NCBI RefSeq assembly: GCF_044704955.1
Contig: NC_091977.1
Location: 92,070,001-92,134,000 of the forward strand
Direction of reading: 5' to 3'
From: Pristiophorus japonicus
Lineage: Eukaryota
Length of the DNA: 64,000 bases
Below the pieces are notes generated by a model, which did no database searches, was not told the DNA's origin, and saw only the letters and a list, made by a program, of their open reading frames with translations. The translations under genes were made by a program, and so were the position numbers. Shown in pieces: positions 47,901 through 61,975 of the stretch (position 1 is its first letter; each line of letters opens with the position of its first letter).

Positions 47901-48340
47901 TTCACCATCCTCCACAACTCATTGCTACTTCCTCTACCACACCTTCCCTTCAACGGAGTCATAGGGAGTGACATATCTGAACTCTCTCTGGGCGGGTTAT
48001 GGTCCATCACCTCACTATTGATGTGCCACTGATGATGCTGCAGAATGTAAACGATATCCGGGAAGTGCAGCGCTGCAGCACTCTGAGCGAATCTCCCTGC
48101 CGCTCAATTCACAGCCAGCTCAGACCAGCTTTTCCCCAGCAGTCCTTCTGGCGATCTTAGTCGGTCCTCAATGAGGAAAAAGCCGGATTTCTAGCCTTCG
48201 GCATGGGCGGGCGGCAGACCGACGCACCGGGGGAACCGCCTAGACCAATCTTGCGGCAGGTGGAACATGGGCAGCAGATGATATTTCATTCCCAGCGGAA
48301 GCTCAGCGACTGTGGGCGTTACTTCCACCACTATCGGGCC
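47901..48340. mobile_element. GC-rich segment, probably a Harbinger-type end remnant
   Basis: CpG-rich and ends in TATCGGGCC like local TIRs; no partner TIR found. Confidence 0.35.
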
Positions 48341-48849
48341 TTTTGTTTCTAAAAAGCTGAGTCATCTAATTCTCAGTAATATGGCCCACAAAATACCAAA
48401 TCTTCCTTTGGCCGGATTAAACTTTTCTAGATTCCTTTGAGTATGTTATTTCTTCTATCAAGCAGAAATTGCTTTCACATCCATCCTTCTATTGACACTT
48501 ACTGCAAAGCTCTCAGACATGAAAGTAATTTCTCGCATTGAGAAAACTCTCACTGCATTGTTTGAGAACACTGAAGGCACCTAAAGTAAGATTTACAATA
48601 AATATTTTCAGAGTGTTAAAATGTAGATGATTAAAATCTTGCTCCACACCATCAATAGGTAGCAGGACAAATATCAGAAATACTAAAGTAATGCCAAAAA
48701 TGTACGACACACCATGTAGACTGCATCAAATAAATACCAATTCCCCCTACTCGAAAATGAAAGACCCACTTATCTGCTTTCTGGATATGTCTAAAATGTT
48801 ACGTGTTCTGTATACTTCTCAATAAATGTCAAATTATACATGTTAGTTT

Positions 48850-49690
48850 CTGTTTTCTGCTACACAAACATTTTGACCCAGCTCCCTGAGCCTATCGTAA
48901 TAGCTAATGGTTTTTAAACTCGGTATTAATTGTGTGGCCCTCTCCTCTGAACTTTTTCTGGGGCCACACCACGTGAACTGGACACAGTATTCTGACCAAG
49001 ATCTAAGGACGCTATGATGATCGTTCTTGCTATACATCCTAATATCCTATTTGCTTTCGCTATAGTATCTCAGTACTGGTTGTGGATCTTTAAAGACTCA
49101 TGCCCTATAACACCCAGGTCTATTTCCCTTTCAACAGACTTTAATTAAAAGAACAGTATGTTCCTACCCGCATATATCACACTATATTTATCAACAATAA
49201 ATGCCATCTGCCAGAGGTGGGTCCATTCTCCATTGCATCTAAATCAGATTGTAATTTTTTTTTCTCCGCAAGGGTTCTGACACAAGCACTGATATTAGTG
49301 TCATCCGTGAACTAGCAGACAGTACCCATAATGTCTTCATCCAGATCATTCATGTATATCGTGAAGCGTAATGGCCCTAACACCACTCCACTTGTAACTG
49401 GTCTCCACGTGGAGCCCCTACCATCAATGACAAGCCTCTATCAATTCCTTAACTCACAAAGGGTCTGCCCTCAATTCCATAGGACCCTATCTGATATAGC
49501 AACTTATCTATGATAAAGTATATATGATCTTATCAAAAGCTTTTTCAATGTCCAAATATACAATATCTATCAGGCTACCGTCATCCATCAACCTGGTAAC
49601 CTCCTCAAAGAATTCCACCAGTTTTTCCAGAAGCCATGTTATGTGGCCCTAATAAGCCCTTCTCTGTCAAGGTGGTCATCTAACAAAGAG
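48850..49690 (-). mobile_element. Old CR1 RT fragment
   Basis: Reverse strand gives EFFEEVT..VD..VDIVYLDIEKAFDK and LFTIYMNDLD remnants. Confidence 0.7.
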
Positions 49691-52600
49691 TTTGCTATTG
49701 CTGCTGCAGTTATCTGCAACCGTTTTTTCCAGTGACCTTTTGGTTGCTCTGATAGCAGCTTTCACTACCTTAAGCTAAGCATGATACTTATCCCCATTCT
49801 CTTGAGAGTTCTTTACTTTCAATTCATAAAAGTATTTCTACTTGAGTCCAATTAGTCCTCGCCCATGACAAATTCTGGATTGGGATCAGTTTACTTCTAT
49901 TTATGAAGTGCCTTGAAATGTTTCTTTATCTCAAAGGCGCTACATAAATGCAAGTTGTCGTAAAACTAAAAAACAGCAATTGACACAAAGTTTTAAAAAA
50001 GGAAAAGGATTCCTAACAGGTTTAGGGGTATACCGAATGAAGAGACAGACAGGGCTATTGCTATGGTTTGCCCCTAAATTCTCTGTGAGGCCTGTGGTCA
50101 CCTGTGAACAGAAGTAGAAACACATGAACTTTATCATAGCAATAGTATTGTTTTTTTTTAGAAATGGATCAAATGATGTGCTTACATCAATCATCATTAA
50201 TTGTCCATTGCAATTCAAAACATTAAAGTTTTAATATTTTTCCTGGAATCTAGTGAGAATAATAGTCCACAGGCAGAAACACTGTGGGAGGCTTTAAAAA
50301 AAAAGCTGTCAAGTCTAGTGCACATACAACCATTGTGGTTGCTATACCAACATGTTTTGGAATTTCAAACAGAGCATTTAGATCTGCAGGGTAATGTTGG
50401 GAGGAGCCTAAAATCTGTATTTTATCAGACTTGCTGAAATAATACCTGTTCTGTATCCTCACATCTGGATCACTGGTCCTGTTCCTATATACCCTGTACT
50501 GTAATAGAATGGAAAATTGCTAGCCTATTTCCAAGTTTTCAGCTCAACCTTGCACTCACTTTCACTCTAAATGGAATGTGACTGTATGAATACTATAAAT
50601 TCTCAACTTCTGACCTCCTAACAACACAATTCTTAAGTGACAGTTAGGCCTCTGGTTGAATGATGTTAAACATATCTTCCTCTTTCCCTGATACAAAACT
50701 AGCATATCAGATAACAAGTGACTGGAAGTGAGTTCCAAGGCTGTTATTTAATTCAGCAAATTTTATGATGCCATAAATGTTTATGGATGCCATCAGAAGT
50801 CTGACAGAATTATCACCTTAAACTCATTGTCTAACATTTGCTATTCTTTTATATTCTTTTATTTATATTATAAATTCTAATATTTACTTTCATGGAATAA
50901 ATTTCTTTGACCTGCTTGTAGATTGTTAGGTTCGGCAGTTTTCTTCAGTGCAATTCGCCCCAAATCAGCTTAACTTGCTCAAAAGATTGTGGAATTTTAA
51001 GCCCAAATTACATTCAGCGCAAATCAAGTTTCCCCGATCTTTTACACTAGTTTAAAAAACATTGTGCTGGAAGATGGCCATGCCCACAAAATTGGTCACA
51101 GCCCCAGGTTGAATTAATTTCCGTGGCGAGTTTCCACTAATTGCACCCTTTTGCGGGCCTTCGAGGAGGCTCTTAAAATTAATCTGCTTTTTTTTTCAGG
51201 CACAAGGACACTAATGGGCACCTTTTAAAAGCTTTTGAACATACCTGTATATATTTCTTAATTTACCAAGAAACTGACTGCCATACACCAATGTAAGCAG
51301 TAAATGGTTCTGTATAGTTTTTAAAGTCATTTTCAGTTATTTAAAATCTGGTTACTCGCAAGTGGTGGACTGGACACTTCAGTGTTTTCAGCTGTATTAA
51401 TCAAACTGCACCAAGTTACCACTCTTAAATATATCTGAGAATATTTTTTTAAGCAAATTGTTTTTAAATTACATTCTAAAACGCTGCTTGATTGTGCAGC
51501 TTCATGGTAGATTTTACATTCAGCAATATGCAAATGAGTTTGAGTGGAAATTTGAGAAAAAACTTCTTAAAACTAGTGGAGTTCTGGCGCAATTTGTGCC
51601 CAGATCATCAATTGGGCCCAGTGCGGAAACTCCAGGCCACCTTCTTCTGTTTGGTGAATTGACAGAGTGTGAAGCATCCTATGGCATTCTCACGAAGATG
51701 TTATCATGTCCAATGTGATACAGATATTGGTTGTTGGTTAAAAAAAAGTTTGTCAAACATTTTTTCACCAATATAGAGGAGCCCTTTTCAAATACCAAAG
51801 TTCAGTATTCATCTTCTTACAGTTATTGATCAGCTGTATTGAGTGTGGTAGAGCAGTGTTTTTCATTTTTTTCATTTTGAAAGAGCCCTGCAAATATTGA
51901 CACACTCCAGGGGATCCCCGTCTTAACTTATGAAGGCAGTGTCAGCTAGCCAAAGAAAAACAGCAGTATCTTTGCAGCTGATTTTTTTAAATTACAGCAA
52001 CAGAAATAATGGGGGCAATTTTCAACTTTGCTGTTTGGGAGGTAACCTGGTAGAACCTGTCAATTATATGATGATCCATTGTTTTCACTATCACTCACTT
52101 CCATCAACGTCTCCAGAGTGCAACCGATTCCTCCTCTTTCCTCTCTTAATATTTTCTACCTCCCCATCCATCACTTAAGTGTTCCTCCCTTACCTACTCC
52201 AACAACCATTTGACTTACATTGAAAACAGCAGAAAAACTGACACTCACACAAATATAATATTCCATTAATACTTTTATTGTATAATTTATATACAAAGTA
52301 CTACATAGAAATGACGTTCAATACTTTATACACATTATATGTACACTTATACACAATACAAGCAGCTATAAATAAATGTCACTATATTATTTACTTATTT
52401 CATATTTACTTTTACTCTGATTTCCATTTGCCAAACCTCTAGAATTTTCTGAAAACCTTCCATTATGCTATTTTATCTGAATTTTCAATTGCTTATTTTC
52501 ATTTCTTTTTCATATTCCATATTGTTCTACAATGACAGATTTTCCATTGTACCATTTAGTCCCCTCATCCTCCTGTGTTTAACATACAAGGTATAATTTG

Positions 52601-53018
52601 ATATCCCATGTATCCTGTCACAGCAGATCAACTATAATCAATGTGCATCTGAGCTGCTATAATCTATATCTTACGTCTGCATGGACTTGCTGTTTACTGT
52701 TTTTGACATAAATTCCTGTGTCTAGAGTTATGATCAAATCTGCCTATGTAAATATGTCATGCTTCAATTCATCCTTCCTTTCCCCCACTTAGAACACCCT
52801 GCAGCGCCATTACTGGCAGGAGGGTATAATTACACCATGACATGTTTACATAGACAGTCTCCATTATAAATGTGGACATAGGAATTTAGAATGGAATTAT
52901 TAAAATCAGGGCAAAATGTATGACTTTAAAATGGGGATTTTATTAATTCTGCATTCTTTGGTTCAATTAAACCTGGCCTCTAACCTCACTTCATTAAATA
53001 TACAGAGGAAAATTAATT

Positions 53019-53607
53019 GGGCCTGAAATCTGTAGCCTGACATCCTGGCATAAATATTGGGATGTGCCTGCCTTTGACCTCCAATGCTGACGCCATCAAA
53101 GTATCTAGGGTTGAGGAAGTGACCTCATCTAAGTCATTGATGTTTCCACTAGGACATCTGCCCATGCGAAGAAGTAGGAAATTCCTCCCACCCCCCACCC
53201 TGCCCCGGAAACATGACAGAGGAATACGCATTGGCCCCTTCATAAAGGGGCTAAAAAAGAAATATGTTTTCAATTCTTCAGCAGTCCAGGCCAAAATCCA
53301 GGCCTGAATCTCTAGATGAGCCCCACTTGGAGCATTCAGTGGGCCAATACAATCTGCTGTCATTTGGTGTACTGCCCCACCACTTGATCCCCAAGCTGCG
53401 GATGAGGAAACTTCTGCCCTGGAAGCCACCTCACCCATCCACGCCATCTCTGAGGGGCAGGTTGAGGCTCCTACCTAAATAAGGTCCCATGGAAACTTGT
53501 GGAGGATTCCAGTGTCCCAAATCAGCCCTTCTGGGCAGTCCTTTCAGACTTGTGGCAGGGGTAGATGAGAAGGCCCTCTGACGTTTGATCCCAATGAAAA
53601 TGGGCCC
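53019..53607. mobile_element. Old Harbinger-like MITE
   Basis: GGGCCTGAAAT ... AAAATGGGCCC ends bound a GC-richer block within AT-rich DNA. Confidence 0.4.
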
Positions 53608-54602
53608 AGTGCAACAGATATAGCACCAGCTTCAGGATTAAACTGTTAACATTACAGCATTGCAGCAGATCAGCTAAATTGATCCGAACACCCCATCAGA
53701 ATGAAAAATTACAGCTTGCTGCAGAAGAAGCTAACCAGAAAAGTGAAAATGTAAAGATTGATCATCAAGTTGTCTCTGAAGAGTGCTCTTCAAGAGTCAG
53801 AGCTCAAGTAACTAGGGGGTGTCTCGAGGGTCATTTTTATCTTTCAAGCAACCGGAGAATCTAATTAACAAAACAATAGTTAGAATAAAGGTACTTTGTT
53901 ATATTTAATATAAAAGGGCTGGTAATTATTGTAGTAAGAGCATGCTAGTCATGAGATAGCGAAAACATGTACAATCCACAAAATATTAATTATTTCATGT
54001 ATTAGTGTTGGAGTGTCAAGTACAATTGATGTGGTAATTACAGTGCAGAGGGTAGCAGCCATTCAACCTTTAGAAAACTTCATTTTCTGTGAGTAATGGA
54101 GATGGATTTGTGTGTTAGCTCATGTTTTTCTCTCCTGAAAACTAGTGTAGTTGGTTTAGGACACGTTATTTATAGGTACTATTTTTGCTATTGTGTCCTT
54201 CAGCACAAAACATTTTACACCGCTAAATAAATACTCCTTTAATTTATATGCAATCCTAGAAATGAACTGTAATTTACATCACATGACACAGATAATTTGG
54301 TCTTTTTTTTTACAACTTTTTTTTTAAGTTGCAAGCATAACAAAGAACAATAAATCTGTGGATACCTGGCCCAATGAAGTAAAGTAAAAATAATCTTTTG
54401 CACTCGATTTGTATTTTTACAAATAGTTTGTCAGTGCTCCACAGAGGAGCGGAGTATAATGCAGCATGCTATGGCTGCCATGTTTAAATGAAGAGCGACA
54501 CCTAGGCCAGATATTATACCAGAGTTCTTCCTTTCCTTCATAGTGCACTACAAAAGATCTGCATTGTATCAGATGTGGTGGGGGCGGGGCAGAATAATAC
54601 AT

Positions 54603-54750
54603 GGGTCAGGAATTTCCTCAGAACCGGTCTTGCACAACTTCATCTGAAGAGCAGCTGAAACCCCATTTGCATGTGTAAGTGGGCTTTCAGTCACACGTCC
54701 AGCGAAGTTACAGAGACAGAGTGGGACTTGTTGTGAGGAAATTCCCAGCC
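54603..54750. mobile_element. Short MITE (about 150 bp)
   Basis: Inverted ends GGAATTTCCTCA / TGAGGAAATTCC. Confidence 0.6.
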
Positions 54751-54804
54751 ATTATTTACATTGATGAAAAATCCATTTATCACAAAATGAAACATGAACA
54801 CATT

Positions 54805-56638
54805 GGCCCCAATATTAATGGGGAGGCGGGGAGGATACGGGGGAGACCAGTAGATGGCAAAGAACCTATCAATGCAGTGGTCGTCGATTCACTGCCTGAC
54901 CGCCAGGCGGGAGCAGTAAGTAGCAGCAGGAGGTCGTAGCCAAGGACCCATGGGAACGTTCCTGGCAATCAGTATGGGGGTGGGGAGGCTCCGGGCCATA
55001 ATCAGGGCTTGTGATGTGGGGGAGGTTGCGGGCCATGATTGGGGTGGTGGGGGGGAGACGGGGAGGGGGTTCAGAAGAACATGTATAAGAAAATAAGAAA
55101 TAGGAACAGGAGTAGGCCATACGGCCCCGTGAGCCTGCTCCGCCATTCAATAAGATCATGGCTGATCTGATCATGGACTCAGCTCCACTTCCCCGCACAC
55201 TCCCCATAACCCTCTGAGAAGAAATTTCTCCTCATCTCTGTTTTAAATGGACGGCCCCTTATTCTAAGATCATGCCCTCTAGTTCTAGTCTCCCTCATCA
55301 GTGGAAACATCCTCTCTGCATCCACCTTGTCAAGCCCCCTCATAAACTTATACGTTTCGATAAGATCACCTCTCATTCTTCTGAATTCCAATGTGTAGAG
55401 GCCCAACCTACTCAACCTTTCCTCATAAGTCAACCCCCTCATCCCCGGAATCAACCTAGTGAACCTTCTCTGAACTGCCTCCAATGCAACTATATCCTTT
55501 CATAAATATGGAAACCAAAACTGCACCCAGTATTCCAGGTGTGGCCTCACCAATACCTTGTCTAGCTGTAGCAAGACTTCCTTGCTTTTATACTCCATCC
55601 TCTTTGCAATAAAGGCCAAGATACCATTGGCCTTTCTGATCACTTGCTGTACCTGCATACTATCCTTTTGCGTTTCATACACAAGTACTCCCAGGTCCCG
55701 CTGTACTGCGGCACTTTGCAATCTTTCTCCATTTAAATAATAACTTGCTCTTTGATTTTTTCTGCCAAAGTGCATGACTTCACACTTTCCAACATTATAC
55801 TCCATCTGCCAAATTTTTGCTCACTCACTTAGCCTGTCTATATCCTTTTGCAGATTTTTTGTGTCCTCCTTACACATTGCTTTTCCTCTCATCTTTGTAT
55901 CGTCAGCAAACTTGGCTACGTTACACTCAGTCCCTTCTTCCAAGTTGTTAATATAGATTGTAAATAGTTGGGGTCCCAGCACTGATCCCTGCGGCACCCT
56001 ACCAGTTAAAGGTTGCCAACCAGAGAATGAACCATTTATCCTGACTCTCTGTTCTCTGTTTGTTAGCCAATCCTCTATCCATGCTAATATATTACCCCCA
56101 ACCCCGTGAACTTTTATCATGTGCAGTAACCTTTTATGTGGTACCTTGTCAAATGCTTTCTGAAGTCCAAATACACCATATCCACTGGTTCCCCTTTATC
56201 CATCCTGTTCATTACATCCTCAGGGCTGCGATCGGGGCTGGGTGGAGGGGGAATGCCAAGGCTTCCTTTTAAGGCCTGGGAGTCCTGGCCCACAAGGAGT
56301 GCAAAAAGGAGCTGCTCTTCAGTACGTGCCTTAGGCAGTCAATGCCTTCCACCTTGGATCTGCTGCCAGGAAGCCGACAGCCTGGGCCTCACCTTGACCT
56401 ACAGTTAACTTTAAGTCACGGCACCGATGATGTCATCGGGTCGCGGCTTTTGAATGCTAATTCGGCTCCTGCCTGCCTTTTCGGGAGCCTCATGGATAGC
56501 CTGATTCGGGAGCTGTAAAAATTTAAACGGTTGGGAATGTGGTTGGTTTGGGATTAGGTTGCTTAATCCCTATATTTTAATTCCCTTAGATCCTCTACCA
56601 CCTGTCGATGGGTTAAGGGAGTGTTTAAAATCAAGGTC
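54805..56638. mobile_element. GC-rich Harbinger-like element interrupted by CR1
   Basis: GGCCCCAATATT start; GC-rich sequence on both sides of the CR1. Confidence 0.4.
55085..56222 (-). mobile_element. CR1, 5'-truncated
   Basis: ORFs 55179-56120 (RT and C-terminus); ATAAGAAA tail. Confidence 0.92.
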
Positions 56639-56644
56639 ATTGTG

Positions 56645-56808
56645 TCAGGAGGTAACTATATTGGAATTGCTATGTACAAATTGGCTGCCACATTTCCTAC
56701 ATTGCAACAGTAACTACACTTCAAAAGCAGTTCATTGGTTGTAAAGCACTTTGGGCAGTCCTGAGGTCATGAAAGATGCTATATGATTGTAAGTCTTTCT
56801 TTTCTTTC
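56645..56808 (+). mobile_element. 3' part of an L2-tailed SINE
   Basis: CTACACTTCAAAAG..TTCATTGGTTGTAAAGCACTTTGGG..GCTATAT..AAGTCTTTCTTTT. Confidence 0.55.
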
Positions 56809-57024
56809 TGTAATGATCCCAGGGCACATACTTGCAGACCCAGGCAATCTTACTTGGGCATTTCTCCACCTGCGTTTCACGAGGGAGGCTATTACAGAAC
56901 TGAAGTTGACAACTTTAACCACAGGATTGGCTCTTCCTGTCACTGTGATTATCACTGCTGCATTAAGCTTTTATGCCACTAGATCCTTTCCAGCCACTGC
57001 AAGGAACATATGCCAAATCAAGTA

Positions 57025-57330
57025 ATTTCCCTAAATTGTCCTGGGTTTTTAATCTGGTTTTTGCTTCTCTCAGGAAATCACATGGCTCCGGTTGGGATGG
57101 AGTGTAGCATAGCAATTTGTACATAGCAATTCAGTGTAAGGGGTGTCACAGTTGTGTGAGGCGGACTGGTTGGGCTGGGTGCTCTTTACCTTTCCGCCAT
57201 TGTTCATTGTTCATAGGTTTATATGTAACCTTCAGGCCTGCTGACCGAGGGCTGTGCGGCTCTTTGTCGGCCAGCGCGGATACCATGGGCCATAATGGCC
57301 TCCTTCTGTGCTGTAAATTTCTATGTTTCT
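57025..57330 (+). mobile_element. CR1 long-3'-UTR fragment
   Basis: Matches the reverse complement of 43311-43600; ends TTTCTATGTTTCTA. Confidence 0.85.
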
Positions 57331-57659
57331 AATCTGCAAGCTCTGCGTGCACAGCCAATGTATAAATATGGCACACATTTCTGGAGAAAGGTTAGAGGTG
57401 TACGTTTGCTAATAACTCTTGCAAGAAGTTCTGCAGAATCTCAGAAATTGTCATGAAGATCTTTACTCATCGATTCATTCGCTTTTGAAAGAAGGCCCAG
57501 TCAAGTACTAATCTCTGGCCCCCAGGCTAGACACAGCACTCGCTTCATTTTCCTTCGCTAACCCCTCTGTTTGCACTTCCTCACTTATAATCTGTGCTTT
57601 TCACATGCTCACTGCACAAACTCACGATTTAAATAGCCAAGATGCTTGGATCTGTGTTA

Positions 57660-59333
57660 CATAAGAAAATAAGAACATAAGAAATAGGAGCAGGAGTAGG
57701 CCATTTGGCCCCTCGAGCCCGCTCCGCCATTCAATAAGATCATGGCTGATTTGATCTTGGCCTCAACTCCACTTCCCTGCCCATTCCCCATAACCTTTGA
57801 CTCCCTTATCATTCAAAAATCTATCTATTTCCACCTTAAATATATTCAATGACCCAGCCTCCACAGCTCTCTGGGATAGAGAATTCCAAAGATTCACGAC
57901 CCTCTGAGCGAAGAAATTCCTCCTCATTTCCATTTTAAATGGGTGACCACCTATTCTGAAACTATGCCTCCTAGTTCTAGATTCCCCCAAGAGAGGAAAC
58001 ATCCTCTCTGCATTTACCCTGTCAAGCCCCCTCAGAATCTTATACATTTCAATAAGATCACCTCTCATTCTTCTAAACTCCAATGAGCATAGGCTCAACT
58101 GGCTCAAACTTTCTTCATAAGACAACACCTTCATCTCAGGATCAATCTCGAGAATCTTCTCTGAACTGCCTCCAATGCAAGTATATCAGCTCCATTGGAT
58201 GGGACACATTATCCGCATGCCTGAAACGAGACTCCGAAAACAAGCTCACTACTCGGAGCTTTGAAACGGCAAGCGAACCCCAGGTGGGCAGAGGAAATAC
58301 TTCAAGGACACCCTCAAAGTTTCTTTGAAAAAGTGGAACATCCCCACCAACAGCCAGGAATCCCTGGCCCAAGACCGCTCAAAGTGGAGGAAAAGCCTCC
58401 GGGAAGATGCTGAACACCTCGAGTCTCTGCACCGAGAGCAAGCTGAAGCCAAGCATAGAGAGCGGAAGGAATGCACAGCAACCCAGGCACTCCACCCAGC
58501 CGTTCCTTCAACCACCGTCTACCCCACCTGTGACAGAGACTGTAGGTCCCACATTGGACTCTTCAGTCACATGAGAACTAATTTTTAGTGTGGAAGCAAG
58601 TCATCCTCGACTTTGAGGGACTGCCTCAGAAGGAGAAGAAGATCCCTATTTAAATAAGGAGTCCTCACCAATGCCCTGTACAGTTGTAGCAGGACTTTGC
58701 TACTTTTATACTCCATCCTCCTTGCAATAAAGGCCAACATTCCATTTGGCTTCCTAATTAATTGCTGTACCTGCAAGCTAACTTTTTGTGTTTCATGTAC
58801 AAGGACCCCAGATTCCTCTGTACCACAGAATTTTGTAAACTCTCCCCATTTAAATAATAATTTGCTTTTTTGTTTTTCCTACCAAAGTGGATAACCTCAC
58901 ATTTTCCCACATTATACTCCATCTGCCAAATTTTTGCCCACACATTTAGCCTGTCTATATTCTTTTGCAGATTCTTTGCATCCTCCTCACAACTTGCTTT
59001 CCCACCTATCTTTGTATTATCAGCAAATTTGGCTACATTACACTCAGTCCATTCATCCAAGTTCTTAATATAAATTGTAAATAGTTGAGGCCCCAGCACT
59101 GATTCCTGTGACACTCCATTAGTTACAGTTTGCCAACCTGAAAATGATCCATTTATCCCGACTTTCTGTTTTCTGTTAGTTAGCCAATCCTCTATCCATG
59201 CTAACATATTACCCCCAACCCCATGAATTTTTATCTTGTGCAGTAACCTTTTATGTGGCATCTCATCGAATGCATTCTGGAAATCCATATCCACTGGTAC
59301 CCCCTTATCCACCCTGCTCTTTACAACCTCAAA
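57660..59333 (-). mobile_element. CR1, 5'-truncated, with an RTE insert
   Basis: ORFs 57763-58134 and 58758-59336. Confidence 0.9.
58188..58642 (+). mobile_element. RTE 3' fragment with (GAA)n-type tail
   Basis: QLHWMGHIIRMP..YFKDTLK..CDRDCRSHIGLFSH. Confidence 0.88.
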
Positions 59334-59334
59334 C

Positions 59335-60852
59335 ATAAAATAATAATCATGGGGGATTTAACTACCCCTATATTAATGGACTAGAAGAGGTAGGTAAAGG
59401 GGATAAGGGAATAGAGTTCCTACAATGTGTACAGAACTCCTTTCTAACCCAATATGTAAGAAGCCCAACAAGGGAGGATTGGCTATTAATGAGGAATGAA
59501 CCAGAACAGATAAAATAAGTAAAAGGGGAACATCTAGGCAATAGTGACCATCATATAGTATGCCTTAAGATAATAATTGAGAAGAACATCATTATGACAA
59601 AGACCAAGGTAATAGATTGGAGAAAAGCTGAGAATAGAACTTAGGAAAATAAAATGGACAACAATATTGGCTAACAATGATGTAGAACAGCAGTGGGAAA
59701 TATTTAAAACAATATTCAACAGAGTCCGGGAAAAATATATTCCGCTCAGAAACAAGAACAATCCTGGATGAATAAAGACATAGGGAAAAATTGAGGGTAA
59801 GGAAAGAGACATACACTAAGTACATGGACAGCAGGGGAGAGCATGACAAGAGAGAATACGAAGAGATTAGGAGATAATTTTTTTTTTAATTAGAAAGGCA
59901 AAAAGGAACTATGAAATTAAATTGTCATGGAACATAAAGCAAAACAGTAAAATACTTTACAGGCGCATAAATAAAAAAAAGGAAGGTTGGGATGGGAATA
60001 GGGCCACTGAGGAGGACTGCAACAAATTACAAGAAGACATTCATAAACTTGAAAAATGGGTATGTAATTGCCAAATGAAATTCAACACCGATAAATATGA
60101 AGTAATACATTTTGGTCAGAACAATATGGAAGTCACATATTACTTGGAAAATATGAATCTAAGTGAGGTAGACGAGCAACGGGATCTCGGAGTACACATA
60201 CACAAATCACTGAAAGTAGCGACACAGTTCAACAAGACCATAAAAAAAACGAGCACTAGGGTTTATTTCTAAAGGGATTAAATTGACAAGTAGAGATGTT
60301 ATGCTAAACTTGCATCAAACTTTGGTTAGACCGCACTTGTGCTACTCCGTACAATTCTGATTGACATATTACAAAAAGGATATAGAGGCACTGGAGAGGG
60401 TGCAAAAAAGATTTACATAGTGATACCAGAAATGTAAGGGCATACCTATCAGAAAAGATGAACAGGCTGGGTCTCTTTTCTCTTGAAAAGAGAAGGGTGA
60501 CCTAATAGTGGTCTTTAGAATTATGGAAGGTTTTGATAGAGTAGAAACAGAGAGAATGTTTCTACTTATGGGCAAGAGCAAAACTAGAGGCCATCAATGA
60601 AAGATAGTCACCAAGAAATCAAAAGGGAATTCAGAAGGAACTTCTGAACTCGTTACCACAGGGAGTGGTTGAAGTGAATAGTATAGATGCATTTAAGGGG
60701 AGGCTAGATAAGCATACAAGGGAGAATGGAATAGAGGGCTATGCTGATAGAGTTAGATAAGGAAAGTTGGGAGGAGGCTCGAGTTGAGCATAAACGCCAG
60801 CATGGACTGGTTGGGCCAAATGGCCTGTTTCTGCACTGTATATCCTATGTAA
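59335..60852 (+). mobile_element. Old CR1 with a large internal deletion near 60010
   Basis: IIMGDFNYP (endonuclease) region joined directly to EEDCNKLQEDI..KFNTDK; CR1-type 3' end. Confidence 0.75.
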
Positions 60853-60859
60853 TCGTATA

Positions 60860-61975
60860 TCATCATAGGCAATCCCTCTGAGTTGAGGAAGACTTGCTTC
60901 CACTCTTAGCATGAGTTCTTAGGTGGCTGTACAGTCCAATATGAGAACTACAGTCTCTGTCACAGGGTGGGACAGACAGTGGTTGAAGGAAAGGGTGGGC
61001 GGGGAGTCTTATTTGCCGCACGCTCCTTCCGCTGTCTGCGCTTGATTTCTGCATGCTCTCGGCGACGAGACTCGAGAAGCTCAGTGCCCTCCCAAATGCA
61101 CTTACTCCACTTAGGACGGTCTTTGGCCAAGAACTCCCAGGTGACAGTGGGGATGCCGCACTTTATCAGGGAGGCTTTGAGGGTGTCCTTGTAACATTTC
61201 CGCTGCCCACCTTTGAATTGTTTGCTGTGGACGAGTTCCAAGTAGAGCGCTTGCTTTGGGAATCTCGTGTCTGGCATACGAACTATGTGGTCTGCCCAAC
61301 GAAGCTGATCAAGTGTGGTCAGCGCTTCAATGCTGGGGATGTTGGCCTGGACGCTAACGTTGGTGCGTCTGTCCTCCCAGGGGTTTATAGGATCTTGCAG
61401 AGACATCGTTGGTGGTATTTCTCCAGCGACTTAAGGTGTTTACTGTACATGGGTCCACGTCTCTGAGCCATACAGGAGGGCAGGTATTACTACAGCCTTG
61501 TAGACCATGAGCTTGGTGACAGTTTTGAGGGCCTGGTCTTCAAACACTCTTTTCCTCAGGCGGCCTAAAGCTGCACTGGTGCACTGGAGGCGGTGTTGGA
61601 TCTTGTCGTTAATGCCTGCTCTTGTTGAGAGGAGGCTCCCGAGATAAGGGAAGTGGTCCACGTTGTCCTGGGCCATGCCTTGGATCTTGATGACTGGGGG
61701 GCAGTGCTGTGCGGCAAGGACAGGTTGGTTGAGGACCTTTGTCTTACTGATGATAGTAAATATGTTGACTATGTCCTGGAATTCAGCCTCTGTGTGTGCA
61801 CAGATGCCGTCGTCGTCCATATACTGTAGCTCGACGACAGAGGTTGGGTGGTCTTGGACCTGGCCTGGAGACGGCGAAGGTTGAACAGGTTCTCACTGGT
61901 ACTGTAGTTTAGTTCCACTCCAGCAGGGAGCTTGTTGACTGCGAGGTGGAGCATGGCAGCGAAGAAGATTGAGAA
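60860..61975 (-). mobile_element. RTE, 5'-truncated
   Basis: (CAT)n tail; ORFs 60960-61406 and 61440-61820. Confidence 0.92.
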
